A DNA stretch of 64,000 nucleotides from Eledone cirrhosa (lineage: Eukaryota), in contig OZ024744.1 of NCBI GenBank assembly GCA_964016885.1, positions 61,008,001-61,072,000 on the forward strand, in the 5' to 3' direction. The translations under genes and the position numbers were made by a program. Of this stretch, positions 24,051 to 37,624 are shown piece by piece (within the stretch, counting starts at the first letter, position 1; every line of letters starts with the position of its first letter). The notes beneath the pieces are model-generated. The model was not told the origin of the DNA, ran no database searches, and was given only the letters and a program-made list of their open reading frames with translations.

Positions 24051-25187
24051 TATATATATGTATCTATATATGTGTGTATATATATATGATATATATGTAA
24101 ATATATAGATGTGTATGTGTGTGCGTGTAACACACAGTTATCCTTATTGTTCATACTAAATCCTTCTACAGTTGCTAAAAGACTTGAGTTTACTAAATAA
24201 TAACATACAATATATTATTTGCTGTGTGTATGCCGGTTTTTAGAATAGGTACACTCTATCCCTGCTTGATGTAAGAGGTCACTAAAAGGGCTGGCATTTA
24301 GAATGGCTGTAATAGGTTATCTCAAGACATCCCATCCAGCCCTTGCCAGCATGGAAAAGTGGACATAAATGATGATGATGATATATATCATCATCATTTT
24401 AACATCCATATTTCCATGATGACATCGGTTGAATGAGATATTTTGAGAGAATCTTTTACAGTATGATGCCATTCCTAACACCATAGAAATAACTTATTAT
24501 TACTAGCAGAAAAACCACCCGAAGAGTGGTTTTTGTGCTAGCGTGTCTGGTGTGCATATTGATATTATACACCAGTATATATACATGTAGATATGATACA
24601 TCAAATAAAATCGTAATTGGCAATATACACAGAAATTGAATGAAGACTGTGTTACACTCTCTTCTGTAATCAGTAAAGTAATCCATGATACATTAAAAAA
24701 AGACGACATTATATATAAACTGCATTAGGAGAAAATTAGTGAAGGAAATATATGAATGTTTATATAAGCGATCGCTAACCGGAAGTGTTGACATTTGGAA
24801 ATTTTAAAGAAGTGAATCTTTAAATAAGCTATAAAATATATTTAATCAACAACTACGAAATTTAGTAGATAAATTATGTAATATTCATTCATTATTTATT
24901 CAAAGTAATCCAACTTATTTTACTAACTGGATTAAAAGAAATAAACCATACACAGTCCTTACTTTATTATAGTTTAGATTCACTGATGTAAATTCTCCTC
25001 AAGCTATTGAGACTATTCCATGCAAGCCTGGAAAAATGGATGTAAAAATGATGATGATGATGATGATGGTATATATACTGAAGGTACCTGTTTACGTGTG
25101 TTGTTTAACATTATCTTTTGAGTACACTGAGATGCAACCGGTCCTAGCAGTGATACCTATGCTGGGTCCGTCAACTTATATATATAT

Positions 25188-25301
25188 CCAAAATTAAATT
25201 AAGGGTGTCATGTCTGAGAGACATGCACCATATCCACTGTAGAATATGCTAAAAAATTCAAATGAATAGATCCGAGCATTTATATCAACTAGAAATTGAT
25301 T

Positions 25302-25338
<37 letters not shown>

Positions 25339-25433
25339 AACATATGAAACAATCACAGGGAATAATTTGTACAAATTATTCCCTGTGATTGTTTCATATG
25401 TTTGTATATGTCAATCAATTTCTACTTGATATA
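25188..25433. mobile_element. Second copy of the 8741-9039 element, containing a perfect 66-bp palindrome (25338-25403)
   Basis: aaacatatgaaacaatcacagggaataatttgt|acaaattattccctgtgattgtttcatatgttt, plus an outer 29-bp inverted repeat. Confidence 0.75.
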
Positions 25434-26879
25434 TATATATATAGAGGATGCTGAGATGGATCTATAGTGTTATGACTAATAAAATAGAGTTACATAACTA
25501 CTATAGGTTAGTCACTATATTGATTTATGAAATCAATCAGCCTCCTGAAACGATTGTAAAACAATGAACTGATTAAGCACTACTAAACATCGCTTTTTGC
25601 TTTCATTGTTCAACACACACTCACACATATGCATAAGACACCATATTCAAATATTTGAATATTTATTTATACAAGACAAGACCTGCCTGTGCTACAGTTA
25701 AGCTATATTAAAATATATTTACTCTTGTTTTTATTTAATAAGAAATAGTTTGTCCTTTTTCAATTCTATATGAAATTATCCCTGGTATAAAATTCTGCTC
25801 AAGTTAATGTTGGCTGACGCTTTTCTCAAGAACATTTTCCATTTTCTTCCTAGGTGTTATGTTCTTATGGAGGCTAGTTACTTACTTAATTAATTAATTA
25901 TAATCATGATCAAATCCATATTATAAATAACTCCACTAATGGCTGCAAAATTAATTAGTTAATTGTAAAAAATTCAAGTGTCTTTTGTGGTTATGAAAAT
26001 GGAAAAGGAAGGGAAAAACAAGGGCTCTGTGGTTATATAAGAATGGGGAGAGGGAAGGGGAAAAGTGATGGATTCTAGGCCTAGGGTGTGGTGTTGTTGG
26101 GGCTGCACTCTGAATCCCCACAGACAATAGCCAGTGACACCCATTGCAACAGCCACCCCACCTGGCGGGGCTCCTTCCACAGATGGGCTGTTGACGTTCC
26201 AATCTTGAGGAGAAATCCAGCAGTATGGGGTCCAAGTATGCCTGAGGTCTCGATCATGATCTCTCTGCATAAATATGTGTGTATACATGTCTAACCCATG
26301 CTAACATGAAAAATAGACGTTAAACGATGATGATGATTATGTAACTGCATAATCAGTGTATATATCTCTGGGGTAGATGTGGGCTCTGTAAGCCACAGAA
26401 AAGGAAGCCTGTTTTGGAGAGAAGTAGCTCTGAATAAATAATACTGTATAAGTTAGATGAAGACTTGTTTAGGAGGACAGCCATTCTAAATAAATAAGAC
26501 AGGAAAGAGATGTGGACTGTATAAACCACAGTACAAGCCATCCGTCTAGGAGAGTTGTCACTAAATAAAAACTGATAGCGGTTAGGGAAGACTCTTATGT
26601 CCTGAAAGACAACCTTTCTAGTAATGGTGGCATAATAAAATGCACCTGGTCTATGCTTTAAAGTGATTGGTGAGAAGAAGGGCATCAAACCAACAATCCT
26701 CTACCAAAAAAAAAAAGAAAATCATAACTAGCACAATCTAGAATGTAAACAATAATTGTGTATACAGGATTGACATTAATGATGTTAGAGCTGTGCACAG
26801 CAGTGGTATAACTTACCTAGTCTTATGTGAGAACCACTTGATAATCATCAAACAATTGCACATGTTCATTACCTTTCAA

Positions 26880-27370
26880 GTATAGAAAGCTGTGACCAAA
26901 AGACCACCAAATCAATGTTGGCACAATGAAAGGTAGATTGGGAGAAATTATGGAGATGCTTGAAAAGAGACAAGTAGATGTGTCCTGTGTGCAGGCGGTG
27001 AGATGGAGGGAAGAATCAGTCAAACTTAATATAGGTAAACTGTATATACAAACTTCTCTGGGTATGAAATGATGACGTGCTCAGTGGAGTTGGCATTTTA
27101 ATAGCTGAGAAGTGGATAGATAAGGTAATTAAGGTAATTAGAATAAGTGACAGAATTATCAACCTCAGAATAGTCGTAGGTAACAGAATGACAGCAGTTA
27201 TCTTCACTTATGTACCACAATCAGGTCTAAGTAAAAAACAATAGGACAGTTTCTATGAAAGCCTCTTGCAGATGATCTCATCAACAGGTGACTAACCTCA
27301 TCCTCCTGGTTGGAGACTTCAATGGACATGTTGGGCAGCACGAAGAAGGCTACAATGGAGTGTACAGCAG
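26880..27370 (+). mobile_element. RTE APE-endonuclease fragment (degenerate)
   Basis: NVGTMKGRLGEIMEMLEKRQVDVSCVQAVRWR...GVGILIAEKWIDKVIKVIRISDRIINLR...GDFNGHVG. Confidence 0.85.
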
Positions 27371-29303
27371 CTAAGGGACTTTGTAGGATGGACTGGGTGC
27401 TTTTCATTATGGCACCAAGATGACCACTTAACAAGGTGGACTGGGTGCTTTTTGTAATGGCACCAGTACAATCATCTTGCATGGAGCCTAGGTGCTTTTG
27501 GGGGTTGGACAGGAAAGGTGTATCATGGGTATGAAGTGGAGAGGAAAGTACATTGACATAATCATTAGACATCTACTTCCTCTATGTCTTCCATATTGGT
27601 ATGGAATGGATGGTGTATATTGGTTTGGGTTGGATTAGGCTAGGAGCAGGTGGGATTAGGACTGCCTTTCCAAGCTTGAAGGAGTTAGACGAGGGAGGAA
27701 GGGAGAGGTTTGTCCTTCCATGATAGCGAGAGTTGTTGGATGCACAAGGTGGGGGTGGAGATGGAAGAAGTAAGTGGAGGAAGCCTAAGAAGGGGTACAT
27801 ACTTAATGAGGTGGAGTGAGTATTAAGTTGGAGGAGATGTCTGAGGGACATTTGCGCAGACTGTCCTATCTGTGTTTGTTTGATCCTGTGTGCATGAGGA
27901 AGCAGTATATATTGGTTCCACTGTCAGAAGGGTTCAGTGCAGCCAACTAGCCCATCCCTCCTCAGAACGGTGCCATCCAGTCCTACACTGTAAAACCCCG
28001 GCCAAATTTACAGTCCTGTCAGAGCAAGGTATGGCATGGCCAATCCTGACCAGATATGTCTCTTGATGCGGACAACCTCTTTGACACATGCAAGCAAGGA
28101 AAAATGGATGGTAAACAGTGATGATGATGATGATACATATACACACATATTATTTTAACATACTCTGATTTTTTACTCTACACACTCACACATATATATA
28201 TATATATATATATATGTGTAAATATGATAATAATGGAGCTGCGGCGCTGCAAATGGGTTACATATGAAAAAGTTTGTCCTCATCAGTGGCCTTCCAACCG
28301 TCGTAGGCATTTCGTCGCATTAAAGGCCAGGTTGGTGTGAGCAACGGCTAAAAAAAGTCGTTGGGACACGTAAATAAAGGGGACGCTAGGGTAAACAAAC
28401 AAAATGGTTTAAGCAACAGAAAGTGATGAAGAAGAAAGAAACAAGTCCCAGATTTCTATGAATATAAATTCGGTGGAATCGTGAACGAGAGAATAAAGAC
28501 CATCAAACCTGGTTGAAATGTGAGCAAGGAAGGAATTTCGCATAGGTCTAACAGGAGGAAGAAGGGGTCTGGTCTGCGAATTCGGTAAACATAAGTTCTG
28601 TGAAGTCGCAGACGAGAGAATATATATATATATACACATATACACATACACACACACATGCATATACCATATGTACCCATGTATAAGTTGCATTGGTAGA
28701 TAAGTCACTACTTCATTTTACATACATTTAGAATGAACCATATATATTTAAATAGCTTGTATTAACATTAGTAAGTTGGTCATGGAAAGTTTGTACCTGG
28801 AAACTTCTTCAAGTTGCAAGTTTGGGTAAGGTGTTTTTATGTGAAAGATCAGTCATTGCTCAATCTCCCCTCTCTATACCACCAATGTTGTCCGATGCAG
28901 TTTGGCAACAGTGTTATCAAAGGCAAATGATTCCGTACTAGATGGGATGCTACTCTTTTGCAGGGTTACTATTTTTTTCCAGCTGAGCAGGCTGACTGGA
29001 GCAATGTGAAATAAAGTGTCTGCTTAAGAATACAACCTGCTGTCTAGACTGGGAATCTAACTCTCGATCTTATAATTGTGAACCCATCACCCCAACTACT
29101 AGGCTGCAGAACTTCACATTAATAGTAGTAGCCACTATCAAATACAAGAGAATACATCGAGAACAATATCTATTTTAAACGATGATGATGATGATGATGA
29201 AATTTTGTGATGAGTGACAAACTGCGGTCTAACAAGATTATATGATTATACAGCCGTTTCTTAGTAATCATTAAATTTATATATATATATATATATACAC
29301 ACA

Positions 29304-29615
29304 CAGTTGTCTTCCAGTATTCGCGGGGCTTATATTCCTAGAGCACCTGTGAAGAGTGAAAAACCGGGAATATTGGGCGTGGTCCATAAAAATGCCTATA
29401 AACGTCAAAATATAACGTAAAATATAGGCTGGAAAATGCAGTATATTGTTATTAATAATTTAGCGTTTAAAAGCGTGAAAAAATATATATTGCCACAAAA
29501 AAAGCCATAAAAAAATTGCGGAAGATATTTACGATTCCGTGAATATGTGGTGGTTTCCACGAACAATTATTAGTTAGTTTCTGAGGTAAATTCCACGAAT
29601 GCCAGGGTTAAACTG
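29304..29615. mobile_element. pogo/Tigger-like MITE
   Basis: Imperfect TIRs CAGTTGTCTTCCAGTATTCGCGG / CCACGAATGCCAGGGTTAAACTG|TA. Confidence 0.6.
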
Positions 29616-29959
29616 TATATATTATTTCTCAATTGCATAATCCTGGCGTGATTCTTACACTTCTTCCTGTCCTTTCCAGTGTGAGCAGCACTATTCCAGT
29701 GTCATCACAAATTTGATCCTTCCATCTCAAGAGGTCTTCCCTGTAGCCTTTTCCCAAGAAATTCACTCTTATAGGACTTTATATAAATACATATATATTA
29801 TCCTCATCATTATTTAATGTCTACTTTATCTACTATCACCATCATCATCATTTAATGTCCAATTTCCTGCTAACACCATCATCATATATCAGTTTAGAAT
29901 GAATGTGCTGTCTGATTTTAACATGCATTTAAAAAATTGTAATAGTGGTATTGATGGAT

Positions 29960-30870
29960 GCATTTAATCAGCAACATAGTCTCCATAATACTATTCGATC
30001 TGTTGACAAGCTTATAGAGGCCATGTTAATAAAATTCCTTAGATTTTGCAATGTGAAATAGGAGACTAACTCATTTTTTACTTTCTTCCCTTGTATTAGG
30101 ATGACTCCACTGAAATGATTTTGTAAACTCCTTAAATGATAATCAGGAGCAAGGTTGCCAGAATATAGTGGGTGAATCTATTTTACCCAGGTGAGTTTCT
30201 CTTGGAGGACCTTCGTTACTCATGCAGTACGAAGCCAGGCATTATCGTGATAAAAAATAATCCCTTTTCTGTTTGGTAAGAACAGGCATTTGTTTGTCCA
30301 AAGTTATTTTTTGATTATTGTTTAATAATTTACAATGAACAATTCCTTGCATGTTCCACCACACATTTAAAATATCTTCCTTTCATGTAGGTCATTTCTT
30401 ATCACCAATAATGATTGTTAACAAAAGAAAGCTGGAGTTGTTGTGTATGCACTGCCTGGACACATTGTTGGCGATTCTCTACAGAAAGGCCATATGGGAC
30501 CCATTTTCCAAGCCTTTTAAATTCATGCAAGTAACACTAAAATGTCTGTTGAGTTCCCTTGCATGATTTGCTTCAAAAGCTTCTTCCAGTGTTTCTAAAT
30601 GAAGTCCATATGAATGAGCCTCCCTTGGCTTAACTTTTAGGCTGAACTCCTTATTTCTGAAGTGGAAAAACCACATCCTACATGTTCTTTCACATACTAC
30701 ATCAAAACAATAAGTGCTCTGGATGGATTTTGCTGCTGTATTTTTGTTGTGCCTCCCTCTATGAAAAATGTAGAGCATGGTATGTTGAATGTGTTTTTTA
30801 GATGGAAAAAACATTGGGTCAAGTTGCAAATGCTTTCATGAATAATGTTCTTATAAAGAAGTGGTACATT
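29960..30870 (-). mobile_element. Mariner transposase pseudogene (second family)
   Basis: HIQHTMLYIFHRG...VVCERTCRMWFFHFR (HTH), IIGDKK, FYHDNA, LAPDY motifs; many stops. Confidence 0.8.
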
Positions 30871-31379
30871 ATTGTGGCATAACTAAACATCATACAGAGA
30901 TAAATCAGATAACCCATCTGGCCCAAGTGGGCATGGGAAGTAGATATTTAACTATGATGAGGATCTACTCTGCTTCCCCACCCCTCATACACCTCTCTTG
31001 GCCAATGTATGTAAGCATGCATGGAAAGCAAAACACATTCAACACCTGTTCTCTCACATAACTGGTGCCATGACAAAAAGCACCCAGTCTACCATGTATG
31101 GGGTTAGCACTGGTGCCACAACAAAAACATCCACTCAACTTTGTAAGGTGGTTGTGGTGCAGTCACAATAAAATAGCACCCAGTCCACCCCATTAGGGGG
31201 AGGGGGTCATTCTGGTGTCACCCTGTAAGATGATAGTGGTTGTACAAAGTACATGAAATCAAAACAGATCCATATGAGCAAGACATGGTCACCTGACCTG
31301 GCTACCCTCATAACATGACAACAGTCCAACTCATGTAAGCATGGAAAATGGACATTAAGCATTGATGATGCATATATAT

Positions 31380-33777
31380 ATAGTCAGGACTAGACATACT
31401 CAACGACAGAGGTGGACTACCCTGAGGAGAAGAATATGGAAGTTGAAGGACCCCACAGCCAGTAACAAATTTAAAAGTATATTACTTGATGCTTTTGACA
31501 GTAAGGAAGAGCAATTAAAGACGTACAATATAGAGGAACAGTGGGAATTCTTGAAGTTAACCTGTTGAAGGCGACATATGAAATCTGTGGCTGGAGCAGA
31601 CCTATAGGCAGGAGGAGAGTAACTTGGTAGTGAAACAGTAAGGTGGAGTAGTCAATCAAGGCCAAAAAGCAGGCTTGGAAAGTATGGCGGGATTGAGGAA
31701 GTAGAGAAGACTATCAAGTGGCCAGGAGAGAAGTTAGGAGACAAGTGTACTTTGCAAGAAGGGAAGCAGAGGATAGAAATTTTAAGCATATTCTACAGCG
31801 TGAGGACCAAAAACGTGAGGTGTTCAGGATTGCAAGACAATGTGTCAAGGAAAACCGTGATATTGTCCATAATGATGATGGTGTACTTGCCATCACTGAT
31901 GCTGATAAGAAGGTAGCTTGGAAGTGTCATTACGAGAGACTACTAAATGAGGAGAATAAATGGGAAAAAGATAGTCTGCCCCAAATCGATCCGATAGAGG
32001 GACCAACGGTGCAAGTTAAAGGTAGTATAATAAGTAAGGCAATCAAAGATATGAAGACAGACAAGGCAGCTGGGCCTTCGGAGATAGTTGCTGATATGTT
32101 GAAGGCATCTGGAATGGTGGGACGTACTATGGTCACCTTGATAGTAAACCAAGTAATACAGAATGGGGTCATACCAAATGACTGGCGTAGCAGCATCATC
32201 ATTAACTGCTACAAGGGTAAAGGAGATGTACTAGATAGGGGAAACTATAGAGCCATTAAGTTAGTTGACAAGGTCATGAAGGTCACAGAAAGAGTTATAG
32301 CACAACTAATCAGAGATCAAATTGATCTAGATGAAATGCAGTTTGGGTTTGTGTCAGGTAAAAGTACCACAGACGCTCATTTCCTTGTACGGCAACTACA
32401 GAAGTACCTAGCTAAAATTAAACCCCTCTACTTAGCTTTTGTTGACTTGGAGAAAGCCTTTGACAGAGTCCCCCACTCCATTATCTGGTGGGCTCTTAGA
32501 AAACTAGGTGTAGATGAATGGCTTGTGAGAGCTATACAAGCCATGTATAAAGAAACAGTCAGCAAGGTTCTAGTATGTAGAAACGAAAATAGGGCACAGG
32601 TGCCCTCTGGGAAATGGCCATGCTCAGTGTATAGGAAAGGAGTAGGTAGAAATTCCATTTTATGTCCCAAATGCAAACTATGGGTACATAAAAGATGTGT
32701 GATGACAGGTAAGCTATCTAAGAAAGTAAATTTTATATGTGGCCGATGCTCAGTAGCAAGTGCCAATAGGACACTAGCTCCTTCTATTGCCCAGATGGTT
32801 CTATAGAAATAGTGGACACTTTCCATTACCTGGGTGACAAAATCAACAGTGGTGGAGGGTGCTCTGAAAGTACAGTAGCTAGAGTCAGAACGGGATGGAA
32901 AAGGTTCAGAGAGCTTATACCGCTGTTGGCCACAAAGGTTTCTCTTTAAAAATGAAAGGCAGATTGTATGATGCCTGTGTACGAACAGCAATGTTACATG
33001 GTAGTGAGACATGGGCATTGTGTGCAGAGGATCTGCGCAGACTTGAAAGGAATGAAGCATGCATGTTCTGTTGGATGTGTAATAGTAATATACCCGAACG
33101 GCAAAACATAAATGAACTAAGTGAGAAATTAGGAATAAGAGGGATCAGATGCTGTTTACTTGAGAGAAGACTATGTTGGTATGGTCACGTGATGCGCATG
33201 AAAGATGACAGTTGTATAAAAAAGTGCAGGGCGATCAAAATTGATGGAAGTTACAGAGTAGGCAGACCCAGAAAAACCTGGGATGATTTGATAAATTCCA
33301 ACCTTACACACATGCACCTGGCCCGAGATCTTTGGCACCACGCACTAATACAGAAGACCCGCCTTGCCTATATACAAAGCGAAACCTACAGTCAGTAGAC
33401 ACCTTTTAACCAAATATACACCCCAACTGACTACTCCTACTCCATCCTCCCACTCCCACCAACCTCACCCTTTCTCTGAAAAGTTATGTTGGTACCACAA
33501 CACCCAGTCCAAACTAATGAGGTTGTGTAGGTGTCACGATAAAAAACACACAGTCCACGTTGTAATGTAGCCATGTAGGTAACACGTTAAAAAGCTCCCA
33601 GTCCACACTGTAAATGTGGTTGGTGTTAGGAAGGGCATCCAACCATAGAAAACCTGCCAGATAGTCCTATACGAGTAAGACACGGTCACCCGACCAATCT
33701 TGCCTCAAGTGGGACAATTCCCGTCTAACCCATGCTAGCGTGGAAGATAGATGTTAAATGATGATGATGATGATGAT
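31380..33777 (+). mobile_element. RTE-clade LINE, 5'-truncated, with an in-frame deletion of the RT catalytic core
   Basis: ORFs 31718-32806 and 32895-33398 are closely similar to the 21617-24050 copy but lack the QGSVLSP/YADD segment; 3'UTR and (GAT)n tail present. Confidence 0.95.
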
Positions 33778-33782
33778 ATATA

Positions 33783-34706
33783 TCTCCTTATAATATATAA
33801 CCAGCAATTTCTCTGTCTGTCTGACAGTGGAAACACGTGCGCGCGTGCGAATGTTTTTTGCGCACGCGTAGAGAGAGAGTGAGAGTGAAAGAAAGAGACA
33901 GACTACAAGAGGGGGATAGCGGGAGGGAGAGAGGGGGGGAATTGAGGAGTGCTACAGAAACATATATACATTTCTGTGTGTGTGTACTATATATATATAT
34001 ATATACACACACAGAAATATATATATATACACACAGAAATATATATACATTTCTGTGTGTGTAATATATATATATATATATACACACAGAAATATATATA
34101 CATTTCTGTGTGTGTAATATATATATATATACACACACAGAAATATATATACATTTCTGTGTGTGTAATATATATATATATACACACACAGAAATATATA
34201 TACATTTCTGTGTGTGTAATATATATTATATATACTAGCAGAAAACCACCCGGTAGGCGTTTTTCTGCTAGTCTATATATCTAAAACAGAGAATGTCTGT
34301 CTGTCTGACTCCCTAAAACTCGAGAACCACCTAACTGATTGTTTTCAAACTTTACACATATAATACTTATGGTCGTGTGAGTATTTTGAGCAAAAAATTT
34401 CAAATTTTCAATGCCCTAGGGACCGTGTTAGGCGATTTAGGGATCTCTCTATAATTTAGTCTTTCTTTTTAGATATATACATAGATATAACGTCGCATCC
34501 TTATAATATCTGTCTGTATGTCTGGCTGTCTGCATTACGACGCTACCTGTGTGTGTATATATATGTATATATAGTGTGTGTATATATATAGTGTGTAACG
34601 TTTTTCGAAATATTTACTTTTGCGTTCACAGATGGATTTTTTTTAGTTTCAGAAGATCCCGTTAAGGGTGAAAGCAGCGATTCTTTGCTTAAACTTTAAT
34701 CTGCTA

Positions 34707-34742
<36 letters not shown>

Positions 34743-34888
34743 TATATTCGTGTACAGATATTTTTGCATACACAATAACAAAATATAAACAAACGTATTT
34801 ATTTCACGAGGCTCGATAAGGATAAATATATATCAAATGTATAAGAACCCTAGAGCAAATCCCGAGCAACGCCGGGCCATTCTGCTAG
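33783..34888 (+). mobile_element. Tandem or nested non-autonomous Helitron-like elements (~33783-34271 and 34272-34888)
   Basis: 5' TC..TATA..ctgtctgtc starts at ~33783, 34272 and ~34498. 3' hairpin CCCGAGCAACGCCGGG followed by CTAG|T at 34885-34889; a second hairpin+CTAG at 34234-34271. Confidence 0.7.
33954..34230. repeat. Palindromic minisatellite (~53-55-bp units, ~5 copies)
   Basis: acacacagaaat-atatatac-atttctgtgtgt separated by (TA)n. Confidence 0.9.
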
Positions 34889-34957
34889 TATATATAAAAG
34901 AGAAACGTTCTTCAAAATGATTTTAACTGAGTTAAGGCGTTAGATACTTTCTCTGAA

Positions 34958-34989
<32 letters not shown>

Positions 34990-37624
34990 TATATCCCACT
35001 TCCTGTATGCATAGGATGAAACAAACATGTAAAGGACACCAGTTTGCACCAATGTTCTCCCTACCCCTCCCTCCCTCATTCACTTTCTCCAGTCATAATA
35101 CCCTCACTAGCTAAATATCTCACTTACCTTAGCCATGTCAAACTTGCTTATTTGTCCTCCCTCCTTAACCCCCACTCCTCGCCACTGACACACCTCTCCT
35201 GTCCATTCATGCATACAAGCATGGAAAGCAAAACATGCTTCTCATTTGATCTCCCACAATGCAGCTGCCACGACAAAGAAGCACCAAGTCCAAAGGTGGT
35301 CATGCTAGTGGCACAAGAAGCTCTTAGTTCACCCTGTTAATGTTATGTTGGTGACACACAACAATATAAACACCACCCAGTCCATCTTGTAAAGCGATTG
35401 TGCTGTTGAACGAGAGAAAAAAAAGGACTGAGTCTACTCTGTATGGTGGTTATGCTGGTGACACAACAAAAAGCACCCAGTCCACCCTGAAAAGTGGTCG
35501 CACTGGTGACATGACGAAAAGCACCCAGTTGACCTTGTTAGATGCCACGATAAAAAGAATCGAGTCCACGCTGTAATGTGACTGACGTTAGGAAGGCTAT
35601 CCAGCTGTAGAAACCAAACCAAAATACAGATGTTTATGAGGTGACAACCCATCTAAACCATGCAAGTGTGGAAAAATAGACATCAAGATTACGTCTTCGA
35701 TAAGGTGTTGTTGAATTTTGGTAGGCGGAAACTGAGAAGCCTGTCAGCATCAAAATTCCGTTAAGGGTAAAACTGTAAGTGTGGTACACTATAATACAAC
35801 AAGTAGGCAATTCCACTGACAGACGTAACCGGCAATATTACTTTTTCGTACTTTCTCACTTTTAGGCGACGGGCAAAACCCGAAACAGTAATTGAACTTG
35901 TTGAACTCAAATTAATTCACCTGTATATACCAGAAATAAGAATCACGCATATTTGCTAATATAGTCCTAGATATACTATTTCTGAATAAAAGACGGGATG
36001 GCCATAGGACTGTCCTATGACCGGACTACATCAAAGAAAACGCAATAATGTTGTACTAAATAAGCTATGGATACAACATGATGAGATGGTCATGGCTGGA
36101 ATACATTTAATCGTAGGTTCGTTAGTTCGAGACTGACTGATGTTAAAGAACCACAATAGCATAATCGAAAAAAATTAAGTAATATAGTCCTAGATACACC
36201 TTGCCTGTATAAAATGTGGAGGATCAGGACTGGTAACACATAAACAACATTGACTATAATGTAGGCATTGACACACTGCCTAAATTAAAGTGGTGATTAT
36301 AGCTGGGATGTCTGAACACAGGTATGCTGGATAAGAAATGAACTGGTGTTTAACAACAATATATTATACCTTACATTGATACGATACACATTCATATATA
36401 TACATACAAACATAACAAGCGTAGATTAATCAAAAGATAATTTAATAAACTTACACGGCAAGAGATGGTTCGGGTTCGAGTTGATGTTCGGCTCGCAATA
36501 TCATCATTCTCATCATTGTCATAGTAATTAATAGCCAGGTAATTATAACAAAAATTAAAAATATCAACAATAAATTTTTGGGTCGAGGGTTGTGTTATAG
36601 TGGAGTCCAGATCGATGACACAGTTATCACACTGGTATTTGTTATGATGTATATAGTAATAACAATAATACACGGGGCCAATCACGACATCAGATCGATC
36701 TTAAAGAGTTTAGCTTTAGGAAAGTCTCAGATATTCAGTATGAAGAAGGTTTCGGAGTAAGATGACTGAGGTAGAGAAGGAATGAGATATATAGTGACAG
36801 ATGTTAAGAGAGACATAGAAACGGGGGTGTTAGGAAAGAAATAATTTAAAGAAGGGGAGGAGGGGGAATAGTACAAGGTCTGACAAAGTAATAGCGAGTG
36901 GAAACAGTTGGATTAGCTAAATTAGAACGAAACGAAACGAATTTGAAAGACACATTCAAGAGAGAGAGAAAGAGGGAGGGAAATAGTAATGGATGAATAA
37001 ACAGCTACTGTTTGAGGGGGAAGACTTAAACGAAGAGAGGGAGAGACAGAGGAAATGGTCAAAATGAAACGAAACGAAACAAAGCCATACAATTTTAACA
37101 GAAGAGTATTATTGAAGGAGCTATATATAAATACACACACATGTACATATATAGCTTACACCCACATCACACGTATTACTCGATATATATGACAAAGTGT
37201 ATAAGTGGGAATGGCTAAAATGAAACGAAATGGAATGGCAGACGAACCGAAAACATAAAAAAGCTTTAACTGGCAAAACTGTAAAAGGGAAGAGCTAGAT
37301 ATACTACATGTTAAATCAAATTCTTGTAGGCTTAGAAGGTGGAAACAAACATGAGAACTGAAATAAAGGAAACGAAGTAATATTATGTTCGCAGACATCG
37401 GTTGCAAACATCTCCACTCTCTTTCTGTGAAAGAGAAAGTTCAATTTCCATATGAAATAGACACTATCAATAAAAAAAAGTATGTAAAGAACCAATCAGA
37501 AACAAACAAAAACAGTCGAGTGGGGAAAAAATTGAAACAGTGTCACAGAGTTAGTACCAAAAATAACGAAACGAAACAAGATGAAGTTACATCAACATGT
37601 CATGTCATCCGTAGGCCCTTAATA

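Noticed and set aside
24768-24790. gcgatcgc + ACCGGAAGTG (ETS-like) as a promoter
   Set aside because: A single short motif with no supporting exon or CpG-rich context.
28230-28300. Minus-strand CTGATGAG as another hammerhead
   Set aside because: No stem II closure, no GAAA and no stem I partner downstream.
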